From Polyangiaceae bacterium (GTDB lineage: Bacteria > Myxococcota_A > Polyangia > Polyangiales > Polyangiaceae): DNA of 64,000 nt. The notes beneath the pieces were generated by a model that saw only the letters and a list, made by a program, of their open reading frames with translations, ran no database searches and was not told the DNA's origin. Positions 36,901 to 44,143 of the stretch are shown here, in pieces (position 1 is the first letter of the stretch; every line of letters starts with the position of its first letter). The DNA lies in NCBI GenBank assembly GCA_035063585.1, contig JAPSGB010000018.1, forward strand, positions 21,517-85,516. The letters run 5' to 3'. The translations under genes and the position numbers were made by a program.

Positions 36901-37203
36901 CACGCGCGCACGGATGGTCCAGGTGAGCGTCCGCTCGTCCGCTTCGTGGAGGCGGCCGACAGCGCTGGCCTCGGCGTGACTCAGGTCGCGGACGTGATCG
37001 TCCCTCCGTGCGCGTTCTCCGACACGCGCGCGCTCGAGGGGCTCATGGTGCTCGACACCCCACCGTCCGCGGACTTCCGCCGGATCCCGGAGTGTAGCGG
37101 CTGCGCGCTCGTCGAGCGGTGTCGCGGGGTCTCGGAGGGATTTGCGCGCGCGTTTCCGAACGCGCCGCTCACCTCGGTGCGCTCCAAGCTACCGGCGCAG
37201 TGA
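33913..37203 (+). CDS. Multidomain protein: DUF483-like + atypical class-B-like radical SAM + degenerate radical SAM domain
   Basis: LGYPSCCVEAY...SHVPCSYGC; GC-x25-CSFC, GIESFS...FNKG, FMLFTPWTT; C-terminal SNLGCTYY, GGAEP, LETNA, PPC, CSGCALVERCRG. GTG 33913 overlaps the upstream stop. Confidence 0.75.
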   Translation: MIDSARVHAIGPVTKVEQELLQLELGLKSALKVEHAGPELEAWLRAEAARRGLSVLPDREPTPSYAGVEAELATSLFVGPNEALLAELREWSHRQRDPHAQSSDKAAAIRSIGAALGYPSCCVEAYIAGREFPDQSLVFLRPLFATKGTLEPLLNLAGNDELISHVPCSYGCGASLELARRTAHELERREPSVWHARWARMCAPVLVLGPRGLVRLEPRPDDAATWGGVRYARADSSMLSDDALRAALESGDELVLRPSSVEIRRGGQATYRERRAGPLDLPVLLRFGGAARRPARVALVDLHRSLIDYMDTMTLAMASGDLTRLGVSNELVRLYVDRERPETWERSYLRLERYLLDHQFTAAVWNMAFDDGVVSRLGRAGMLQVLIDSRFSGAAVPFDFVLTSASRQAFCRFFRLWCEGEEDPEVRELLSHKSDGGWSSHALAEPLAQRARIDEDSFWPTTQYVVPDGEHRPASDVWHLCVNPGCPYGKRLDDNPHFEGLELPDSASARGCSFCEEGGDYEGAPAEPTMRGLLHQFEYIARRAPHSRFILLERAVFRFLERFLVRADQISRGSARRGQRLEFFVTARTDEIVREQAHLREALVVAAERGLLVNLYLVGIESFSQTALDLFNKGTRVEVQVEAIEIMRELEAAFPGTFTASRSSAHGFMLFTPWTTMAELVENCEWMERTRFWEFRSEATLSKLRLYPTVPLFYKARAEGLLAPGYDDEEFDMSIRLGYSKEVPWRFIDAKVEAVYRLLAAAADHYPRGSRELTLLRDAIAEVETHGTEVDAETFHAPRRARRAVRPGLGRPRRRRFTLALGSRSNLGCTYYDHGDEAPPPPREELAQRLLDGRKTGESAVTLGGAEPLLSPSLMFAVRAARRCGYSSIALETNALGLDTARMTALREAGLTRVLPFLPAWDREPIDRIARVAGAAALLFRAAPAIEGSGLEVQPVIPVARETLAELPRFVELAELLFPSARGLALRFFPSEGTLPHARTDGPGERPLVRFVEAADSAGLGVTQVADVIVPPCAFSDTRALEGLMVLDTPPSADFRRIPECSGCALVERCRGVSEGFARAFPNAPLTSVRSKLPAQ

Positions 37204-37205
37204 CG

Positions 37206-38882
37206 CTATTTCTCGAGCTCGGGCTCCTCGTCGACCACCGGCTCGAGCGCGGCGTAGCCGTGCGCGCGCACGAAGTTGATGTGAACGCCAGGGCATGTCG
37301 AGTCATACTTGCAGGTCTGGCAGCGGCGGCTCTTGGTGTAGAAGCGATCTGCCACGAAGCGGTGCGTGAAGTGCGTCATCTCGAGCTTGGCGTCGAGCCC
37401 GAGCATCCCCGCATCGAGCGCTGAGCCAATCGCCAGCGGCTCACGGCCTCCGATGCACGGGGGAATGTTCTCGGTCTCGACCTCGGGGGGGAGCGCGGCG
37501 AGGAGCGCGCGAACGTCCACGTCATTGCGCCGTTGCTCCGTCACCCGCTCGTAGTTCGGCTGCACCACGATGAGGCGCGGCGCGGTCGAGCCGAGGCGAC
37601 GCAAGGCGTCCGCCGTGCCCTTGTTCGCGTAGACGGCGACCGTGAAATCACCCGGGACCTCGACGAGCCGCGTGAGCTCCTCGCAGCTGCTCACGTAGCA
37701 GCGCTCGAGATGCTTCCCGCCGAGCGTGCCGTCACCGGCGAGCGCGTTGGCGAGGCCCGTGTAGTCGGTGAGCTCGAGCCAGAGCGCGGGCGCCTTCGCG
37801 AGCTTCGCGAGCTCGAGCGCGCGCTCGACGGAACCCGCGACCACCCGCACCACCTTCGCGCTCGGGAGGGTGCCCGGGGCCGGCGCTGGATCCTCGAGCC
37901 GAAGGACGTCCACCTCGCCGAGCCTGCGCTCCTCGATGACTGCGTCGAGTGTGTCGCAGAGGGGGCTCAAGTAGCAGTAGTGACAGCGCTCCGGCTGCCG
38001 GCAATGCAGCGGCTCTCCGGTAGCGAGGTACTTGTCGTACTCCTCGCGCCGTCCCCTCACCTCGTCGTGGAGTTTGTGCGGGTCTTGGATGAGCTCTTCG
38101 AAACCCTCGGTGAAGGGCGGCGGAAAGCGGTTGAGCCAGATATGGATGTCAGGACGACGCGAGTATTCGAACGCCTCGCGGAGGGACTCCTCGTTCCCTT
38201 CGAGGTCATAGAACAGATGCTCTCGAGCTTTCCCCCACGCGCTCCCGAACGGGATGATGTGGAGGAGGTCGAACTCCTTCACGCCCCAGCCGATGAAGGT
38301 ATCGAGCATGGTGGGGAGATGCTTCACGTTCTGCTTGTTGATGACGATGTCGACGTTGACGATGAACCGACCGTCGGCGAGCGCGGCCTTGAGCCCGGCC
38401 GTCTCCTCTACGAACGCGCCCGGCGTCCCGACCAGCGCATCGTGGAGCTTCGGGGTGTGCCCATGGAGAGAGAACGTGATCTCGTCGAGCCCGTTTCGCG
38501 CGGCCGTCTCGAGGAAGTCGGGGTACGCGAACATCCTGCCGTTCGTCACCGTCTGCACCTTGGGATAACCCGCTCGCTTCCCGAGCTTCACGAAGTCGAG
38601 AAAGTTCGGGTGCATGGTCGGCTCGCCTCCGCTCAGGATGAGGCGCGCCGCGCCCTTCTTTCGCCCCTCGATGATCTGGACCTTGATGTCCAGATTGGCG
38701 CGCATGGTGCCGTTGTGCGCCATGGTGTCGAGGCAGAACGAGCAGTGGTTGTTGCAATCGTAGCTGAGCCGGACCCAATTTCTCTTCTCGTGGGCGGCTT
38801 GCTCGTGATCCTCGACCTTCTCGAGATCGTCCGCGGCGGAGGTCAGGGTATTCGGAGCGACGGCGTCGTGTTCCGCAATCAT
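37206..38882 (-). CDS. Radical SAM protein with two auxiliary Cys clusters (paralog 3 of 3; HxsC-like)
   Basis: CNNHCSFC, SGGEPTMHP, VTNGRMF; internal CRQPERCHYCYLSPLC; C-terminal TKSRRCQTCKYDSTCPGVHINF. Confidence 0.9.
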   Translation of the reverse strand: MIAEHDAVAPNTLTSAADDLEKVEDHEQAAHEKRNWVRLSYDCNNHCSFCLDTMAHNGTMRANLDIKVQIIEGRKKGAARLILSGGEPTMHPNFLDFVKLGKRAGYPKVQTVTNGRMFAYPDFLETAARNGLDEITFSLHGHTPKLHDALVGTPGAFVEETAGLKAALADGRFIVNVDIVINKQNVKHLPTMLDTFIGWGVKEFDLLHIIPFGSAWGKAREHLFYDLEGNEESLREAFEYSRRPDIHIWLNRFPPPFTEGFEELIQDPHKLHDEVRGRREEYDKYLATGEPLHCRQPERCHYCYLSPLCDTLDAVIEERRLGEVDVLRLEDPAPAPGTLPSAKVVRVVAGSVERALELAKLAKAPALWLELTDYTGLANALAGDGTLGGKHLERCYVSSCEELTRLVEVPGDFTVAVYANKGTADALRRLGSTAPRLIVVQPNYERVTEQRRNDVDVRALLAALPPEVETENIPPCIGGREPLAIGSALDAGMLGLDAKLEMTHFTHRFVADRFYTKSRRCQTCKYDSTCPGVHINFVRAHGYAALEPVVDEEPELEK

Positions 38883-39805
38883 TCGCGTGTCTCCGGGAGT
38901 CTCTGATAGTGAAGTAGCCACTGGTTGCTGGTCGAGGGTGCGATCTCTCGCCGCTCGAGGAGGGCGAGCGGGGCTCGGGCGAGCAGCGCGTCGACCTCGC
39001 GGGTAGAGTCATTGCGAAAGTGCTCGAACCTCGCCGAGCTCGCCTCGGCGCGCGCCACCTGCGCGCGCGTCCGCACCAACCCGAACGCCACGTTGTCCAC
39101 GACGAGCAGCGTCCCTCCCACGCGGAGCCTGGTGATGACCGAGCGAAGCGTCGCGTCTGGGTCCGGCAGGTGGTTATAGCTCCTCAGGATGAGCGCGTGG
39201 TCGAAGCGCGCGGGCGCCTCGCCCAGCGCGTCGAGCTCCCCCACCTGGTAGTCAGCCCAGGGGTAGCGCGACCTTAGCACCGCGATCCGACCGGCGTCCG
39301 GATCGAGCCCGAGGTAGCGGACCTTGCCCGTCATCGCGCGCGGCGTGAGCGCGTCGAGGTATGGGCCCTCGCCGCAGCCGACGTCGAGTACGTCCCCGTC
39401 GAGGGAACGGAGCAACTCGCGCACCCGCGCGTCATCGCGCTGGAACACATCGACCGAGACGGCGTGGAAGCAGCCCGGGCAGCGCTCGCGAAGCTCGCAG
39501 TCACGACACTCGGCGTCTAGCTCGAGCTTGCGCAGATCGGCGGAGAAGTCGTCCGGGGCGAGCTTGGTCGAGATGTCGACGTAGAGCTGCCCGAACTCGT
39601 ATTTTGTGTCCGCGACCTCTCCGGGAGAGAAATCGGTCGTCGCGGTGCGGTGGAGGCGCATCCGATCGCGGAGCCGCACGAAGACGTCACGGAGCGGCTC
39701 GACACGCGCGAGCGGCGCGCCTCCGCTCCGCAGCGGACACGCTCCCCGAGCGCTGCGCGGGACGTCGAGGACTGGCTCGAAATTGAAGGAGTTCGAGCGC
39801 GTCAT
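38879..39805 (-). CDS. Class I SAM-dependent methyltransferase with N-terminal Cys-cluster domain
   Basis: VLDVGCGEG, YLGLDPD, RFDHAL...SYNHLPD; preceded by CRDCELRERCPGC. Start set at ATG 39805 (GAGGGG RBS). Confidence 0.85.
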   Translation of the reverse strand: MTRSNSFNFEPVLDVPRSARGACPLRSGGAPLARVEPLRDVFVRLRDRMRLHRTATTDFSPGEVADTKYEFGQLYVDISTKLAPDDFSADLRKLELDAECRDCELRERCPGCFHAVSVDVFQRDDARVRELLRSLDGDVLDVGCGEGPYLDALTPRAMTGKVRYLGLDPDAGRIAVLRSRYPWADYQVGELDALGEAPARFDHALILRSYNHLPDPDATLRSVITRLRVGGTLLVVDNVAFGLVRTRAQVARAEASSARFEHFRNDSTREVDALLARAPLALLERREIAPSTSNQWLLHYQRLPETRE

Positions 39806-39890
39806 GACATCGCCCCTCGCGGGGACCGGATCTCGAAGATCGATCGCGCCCACGAGGCAAGGATAGCAAAATTGTGACGTTACGGCAGAT

Positions 39891-40184
39891 CTACCAGGAG
39901 CCGTGGCTACCGTGACTGCCATGGCTGCCGTGGCTGCCGTGGCTGCCGTGGCTGCCGTGGCTGCCGTGGCTGCCGTGGCTACCGTGGCTGCCGTGGCTGC
40001 CGTGGCTGCCGTGCGAGCAGTGCTGGGCGGGAATGACGCCGCCGCTGTCACCGTCGACGCCTGGCGCTTGATCGCAGTTGTCTCGAGCCTTGTCGATGAC
40101 GGCGTCTTCCGACTTGCTGAGCATCCCGCGCGCGCTGCGGGTGAAGCTCGGCAGGTTCCCGGGGTTTCCTCTTCGCGTGCTCAT
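39891..40184 (-). CDS. hxsA: His-Xaa-Ser repeat RiPP precursor (HxsA-like): 54-aa N-terminal region + HCS-(HGS)13-W
   Basis: GGGAGG RBS; 97-aa ORF ending in 14 His-X-Ser triads; directly downstream of two HxsD-like genes and surrounded by rSAM genes. Confidence 0.9.
   Translation of the reverse strand: MSTRRGNPGNLPSFTRSARGMLSKSEDAVIDKARDNCDQAPGVDGDSGGVIPAQHCSHGSHGSHGSHGSHGSHGSHGSHGSHGSHGSHGSHGSHGSW
39897..40013 (-). repeat. 9-bp tandem repeat x13 (CACGGCAGC on the minus strand) encoding HGS
   Basis: (GCTGCCGTG)n on the plus strand; the variant units (CAT, GGT, AGT, TCC) are all synonymous in the HGS frame. Confidence 0.95.
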
Positions 40185-40212
40185 GTGCGCCTCCCGTCGA
40201 TGCCGTGCGGCT

Positions 40213-40437
40213 CTAGCCCATTCCGGTGCGGTGCTGCTCGATGGTGGTACCGAGCGCGTAGTTGGAGAACTCTTCTGCGATCATGGCCTCGTCAGCGTCT
40301 CCGGTGGAGGTCAGCTTGACGAAATAGACGCCATCCTTCTGCTCGAGCTCGAACTTCGCGTAATCGGCATAGACCTTCACCGCGGCGTCGACGGCAAAGC
40401 CCGAGTAGAGATCGGCGCGGAAGCGGAGCTCGGTCAT
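40213..40437 (-). CDS. Small HxsD-like protein
   Basis: LRFRADLYSGFAVDAAVKVY...EEFSNYAL echoes the N-terminal part of the adjacent HxsD (LEFDEALYPKDAIYGAAYIF...GEFENELL). Confidence 0.7.
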   Translation of the reverse strand: MTELRFRADLYSGFAVDAAVKVYADYAKFELEQKDGVYFVKLTSTGDADEAMIAEEFSNYALGTTIEQHRTGMG

Positions 40438-40943
40438 CAGTGCTTGTCGGCGGGCACCGACCCTCCGTCTTCGCTTGGCTCCGAGGAGGCCTCATCGCCA
40501 GCCTTCATCTTCACGTCGCTGCCCTTCTTCTTGTACTTGTCTTCCCAGCTCATCGCGATTCCGAGCGGATCCTCGAAGGCCGTCTCGTCGTCGATGTCCA
40601 TCGCCAGGAGATCGTCGAGCCCGGGCGGCCCGGCAGCGCCCGCGAGGGCCTGCGTCGTGACCTGCTCGATGAGCTGCCGATTCTCCTCGACGATCTGCCG
40701 CCGCCACGCCTGACCAAGCAGCTCGTTCTCGAACTCGCCCGCGAGCTCGCCGAGCTCGCGCTCGACGCCCGGCTTGAGCTTCATTCGAACCGACACGCGC
40801 GAGGGTGACGGGCGGTCCAAGTGCACATAGCAGCGATCGATGAAGATGTAGGCGGCGCCGTAGATGGCGTCTTTCGGGTAGAGCGCCTCGTCGAACTCGA
40901 GGACGAGGGTATCGGTGTCGATGGTCTTGTCGACGTTGGGCAT
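40437..40943 (-). CDS. hxsD: His-Xaa-Ser system protein HxsD
   Basis: FDEALYPKDAIYGAAYIFIDRCYVHL...GEFENELLGQAWRRQIVEENRQLIEQV fits the remembered HxsD pattern; adjacent to the HxS precursor. Confidence 0.8.
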   Translation of the reverse strand: MPNVDKTIDTDTLVLEFDEALYPKDAIYGAAYIFIDRCYVHLDRPSPSRVSVRMKLKPGVERELGELAGEFENELLGQAWRRQIVEENRQLIEQVTTQALAGAAGPPGLDDLLAMDIDDETAFEDPLGIAMSWEDKYKKKGSDVKMKAGDEASSEPSEDGGSVPADKH

Positions 40944-40962
40944 GACGGTTCGAATTTCTGGG

Positions 40963-42738
40963 TTACTGACTCGCCACGACGGTGAACTGATTGCACTCGG
41001 GGGTTCCCCCGCCGCCGGTGACGTTGGTGCGGGTGATCTTCACCCAGATCGATGCTGGCACGAGCGAGTTGTTCGTGCACGCCCCGAGGCCGCTCCCCAG
41101 GCCGCACGCGATGGCATTCGTGAAGTTCATCGACCACGTGATGATACCACTGCCGCTGCCCACGCTACCGCCGGGGAGCACCCCCCCCGCCTGGGGGCAA
41201 CTGATCGGGGTGCTCGGGCAGCTCGAGAGCACGTCCATCCGGTAGTCCGTGGAGCCCTGGGTCAGCTCGATCTTCCGCACCGAGTTCACACCCGGCGAGG
41301 CCCCCGAGAAGGTCACCACGAAGTACGCGGCGTCGTTCACGCTGAGTAGCTGGCCGGTGAACGGCGACCCGACCGCCAGCGCGCTGGCGGTCGCGCAGTT
41401 GTTCGGGGTTGGGTTCTGGCTGCAGCTCTTGGCCTCGCAGCCGTCGCAGTAGTTGCCGTTGTTGTCGTACCACCCGAGGTCACAACCGCCGATCTGGCAA
41501 CTCCCGCTGCACTGGATGGAGGTCACGTGCGGGAGGGTCGAGCCTCCAGCGCAGCCGCGGATGCACATGGTGCGCGGATCGTCCTCGTCCGAGGAGCCGT
41601 CACAGTCGTTGTCCTTGCCGTCGCAGAGCTCTTGGGTCGCGCTGTTGTCGGGGACGCAGCTCAGCGTACCGGCGCTGCACAGCGAGTGGCCGGTCGCGCA
41701 CACCCCCGGCTGAGCGGTCATGCACGGGACGTTGTTCAGACCCTCGTCGGTGTTGCCGTCGCAGTTGTCGTCGAGGCTGTTGCAGCTCTCGGAGCCCGGA
41801 TAGTTCATCTGCGGACAGCTCAGCTGCCCGCCCGCGCAGACCCACTTGCTCACGGCGCAGACGCCCTTCTGACCCGACACCTGGCAGTCGGTACCGAGCT
41901 GCGGATCGGTCGGGTTGTTATCGACCTGACCGTCGCAGTTGTCGTCGAGGCCGTTGCACATCTCGGACGAGGGTAACGACTTCTGGATACACTCGACCTT
42001 ACCGCTCTGGCAGGCCGTAGTTCCGAACGCGCAGACACCCTGCGCGCCGGTGTTGCAGTTGACGCCACTGCCCGGGTTGCCTTCGTCGACCGAACCGTTG
42101 CAATTGTTGTCGAGACCGTCGCAGGTCTCGGGCGACGGCTGGTTCTTCGACACGCAGATGAGCATGCCGTTCTTGCACTGAGTGGTGCCCTCCGCGCAGA
42201 CGCCCCTGGCTCCCGAGACCGTGCAGTCGCCACCGCCGCCCGGGTTGCCTTCGTCGATCTGTCCGTTGCAGTTGTCGTCGAGACCGTTGCACACCTCGGT
42301 ACGACACGAGCAGGAGTTGCACGCGCCGCCGGAGCCGGCGCTCCCGCCGGTACCGCTCGCACCGGAAGCGCCCGCCTGACCGGCGACCCCGCCTGCACCG
42401 GCCGCTCCAGCCTGACCGCCGCCACCAGCCTGACCGCCGCCACCAGCCTGACCGCCGCCACCAGCCTGACCGCCGCCACCAGCCTGGCCGCCACCGCCAG
42501 CCTGACCGCCCACGCCCCCGGTGCCCCCGGTGCCGCCGCCCGTGCCTCCGCTGCTTCCGTCGGTCGAGCCGTCCGCGCCGGCGACGCCGCCGCTGGCGCT
42601 CGCTCCGCCGCTACCACCCGTGTAGCCCCCCTCGTCCGTCTCACCGCCGGACGCGCATCCCCCCGCCAGCGCGCTGAGCAGCGTCGCGCCAGCGCCAACC
42701 GCGAGAATTCGACGACCAATGTTCGAGAAGCGAGCCAT
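40963..42738 (-). CDS. Cys-rich surface lipoprotein with five ExC(N/D)xxD(D/N)xC(N/D)GxxD putative metal-binding repeats
   Basis: LAGG-C lipobox, Gly-rich linker, repeats EVCNGLDDNCNGQIDEG, ETCDGLDNNCNGSVDEG, EMCNGLDDNCDGQVD, ESCNSLDDNCDGNTDEG, ELCDGKDNDCDGSSDE. Confidence 0.85.
   Translation of the reverse strand: MARFSNIGRRILAVGAGATLLSALAGGCASGGETDEGGYTGGSGGASASGGVAGADGSTDGSSGGTGGGTGGTGGVGGQAGGGGQAGGGGQAGGGGQAGGGGQAGGGGQAGAAGAGGVAGQAGASGASGTGGSAGSGGACNSCSCRTEVCNGLDDNCNGQIDEGNPGGGGDCTVSGARGVCAEGTTQCKNGMLICVSKNQPSPETCDGLDNNCNGSVDEGNPGSGVNCNTGAQGVCAFGTTACQSGKVECIQKSLPSSEMCNGLDDNCDGQVDNNPTDPQLGTDCQVSGQKGVCAVSKWVCAGGQLSCPQMNYPGSESCNSLDDNCDGNTDEGLNNVPCMTAQPGVCATGHSLCSAGTLSCVPDNSATQELCDGKDNDCDGSSDEDDPRTMCIRGCAGGSTLPHVTSIQCSGSCQIGGCDLGWYDNNGNYCDGCEAKSCSQNPTPNNCATASALAVGSPFTGQLLSVNDAAYFVVTFSGASPGVNSVRKIELTQGSTDYRMDVLSSCPSTPISCPQAGGVLPGGSVGSGSGIITWSMNFTNAIACGLGSGLGACTNNSLVPASIWVKITRTNVTGGGGTPECNQFTVVASQ
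42407..42510 (-). repeat. 18-bp tandem repeat (about 6 copies) encoding GGGQAG
   Basis: CCAGCCTGACCGCCGCCA repeated on the plus strand within the lipoprotein linker. Confidence 0.9.
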
Positions 42739-42750
42739 CGGGTACCTCTA

Positions 42751-43557
42751 TCAGTGAGAACGCCCTTGAATCGGACCGTGGAGAGCGCCGAGAGCGCGCC
42801 GTCGCAAGGGAAGTGTCACGTGGACCTCGCCCGGAGGCGTCTCCGCCGCGACCGGCTCGAAGACCCCGGGCCCCGCGTACCAATCGGCCGCGCTCGTCGC
42901 GTCGACGCCGAGCGCCGGCGCGACGCACTCGAGCGCGAGGCCGTGCGCCAGCTCGACCGCACGCGCGAGGTGAGGACGGAGCATCGGCCAGGCGGGCACC
43001 ACGCGCGGCGCGTTCCGCGCTGCGTTGCCGGCCTCGACCACCACGTCGAAGCGAGCGGCTCGCGCGCCGAGGGCGTGCGCTACTCGGACGATCTCGGTCA
43101 GGTGGCGAAAGTTCGAGCGTGTGACGACGGTCGTCGTCACGAACCTCAGGCGCTCGGCGGACGCCCGCCTCAAGCCGGCCACCGTCTGGCGGAAGCTGTC
43201 CTCGACCCCGGTGTGATAGTCGTGCATGGCGGCGTTCGCGCCGTGCAGCGAGACCTCGAGACCATCGAGCCCGGCAGCCACCAGCGAGGCGGCATAGCCC
43301 GCCACCGCCAGCCGCCTGCCGTTGGTCTGTACGAGCACCGGGCGCGCACCGCGAGCGCGCGCCCGCGCGATCAACCGAGGCAGAGACTCCGACAGCGTCG
43401 GCTCGCCCCCGACGAACGCAACCCCTACGCCTGGCGGTAGCTCATCGACCTTCGCCTCGAGCTCGTCCGCCGGCGGTGGGTCGAGCTCGCGCAGCCGCCC
43501 CTGCCCGCAGAACACGCAGGCGTTGTTGCAGCGATAGCCGAGCTCGATCCGGTGCAC
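42751..43557 (-). CDS. Short radical SAM protein (HxsC-like, no C-terminal Cys cluster)
   Basis: ELGYRCNNACVFC, FVGGEPT, VQTNGRRL, VSLHG, HDYHTG, TVVTRSN. Confidence 0.88.
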   Translation of the reverse strand: MHRIELGYRCNNACVFCGQGRLRELDPPPADELEAKVDELPPGVGVAFVGGEPTLSESLPRLIARARARGARPVLVQTNGRRLAVAGYAASLVAAGLDGLEVSLHGANAAMHDYHTGVEDSFRQTVAGLRRASAERLRFVTTTVVTRSNFRHLTEIVRVAHALGARAARFDVVVEAGNAARNAPRVVPAWPMLRPHLARAVELAHGLALECVAPALGVDATSAADWYAGPGVFEPVAAETPPGEVHVTLPLRRRALGALHGPIQGRSH

Positions 43558-43574
43558 GCAAAGTCCTGGAGGCG

Positions 43575-44123
43575 TCAGACGTGGACGCGTGCGTGGTGGG
43601 AGGCCTTCCGCTCGGCGAGCGTCGCGAACCCGCCGCGCTCCACTCGATGCTCGTTGATGCGAACCACCTCCGCGAGCGCCATCGCGGCGAGCCCGTGGTC
43701 TTCCACGGTCGAGGTCTGCCCGTCACCGTGGTTCGCGAGGAGGATCTCGAAGTGCGCCGTCCGCCCGGGGCCGCTCGCGCTGGAGCTCTCGTCGCGAGCG
43801 CAGAGATCGAGTTGGAAGCGCTGCCCCGCCGCGTCGCGGAGGACCACGCTCGCGGCACCGCCGGCGAGAGGGTGGAGCGCTTCGACGGTCCAGCGATCGA
43901 GCTTGTCACCTGGACGGAGCGGCGCGACGAGCGCTTCGATCGGTTCGCCCGGCTGAGGGGTGGTCGCCTCGCGGCCCTGGGCTCGCTCGCCGGGCGCGTT
44001 CGCCGCGGCGTGACCGATGACGGGCTTGGCAAGCGCGCCGCTCGCCACCGAGGCCGCGGCGGTCGCGGCTCCGACTCCGATGGCACCGACCACGAAACGT
44101 CGACTGACTTCGCTCTGACTCAT
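43575..44123 (-). CDS. Hypothetical Tat-exported protein; first gene of the hxs operon
   Basis: SRRFVV twin-arginine motif, hydrophobic stretch, ALA cleavage site; GGAGG RBS. Confidence 0.65.
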   Translation of the reverse strand: MSQSEVSRRFVVGAIGVGAATAAASVASGALAKPVIGHAAANAPGERAQGREATTPQPGEPIEALVAPLRPGDKLDRWTVEALHPLAGGAASVVLRDAAGQRFQLDLCARDESSSASGPGRTAHFEILLANHGDGQTSTVEDHGLAAMALAEVVRINEHRVERGGFATLAERKASHHARVHV

Positions 44124-44143
44124 GAGACAAGCCTCCGCGCTTG

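Noticed and set aside
39897..40013. Tandem repeat considered as a CRISPR array or non-coding microsatellite
   Set aside because: 9-bp units with no spacers and no cas genes; variants are synonymous in the HGS reading frame.
40032..40046. SGG as a double-glycine leader cleavage site in HxsA
   Set aside because: No ELSxxEL-type leader motif and no C39 peptidase/ABC exporter in the window; the cleavage site cannot be assigned.
39806..40319. Poly-(TAA) N-terminal extension of ORF 38879..40051 and poly-(AVA) ORF 39903..40319
   Set aside because: Alternative-frame and antisense readings of the HGS repeat; the hxsA frame has the RBS and operon context.
13146..44123. Cluster as a recently acquired mobile island
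   Set aside because: No integrase, transposase, tRNA or flanking direct repeat recognised, and related genes lie among housekeeping genes outside it; composition was not computed.
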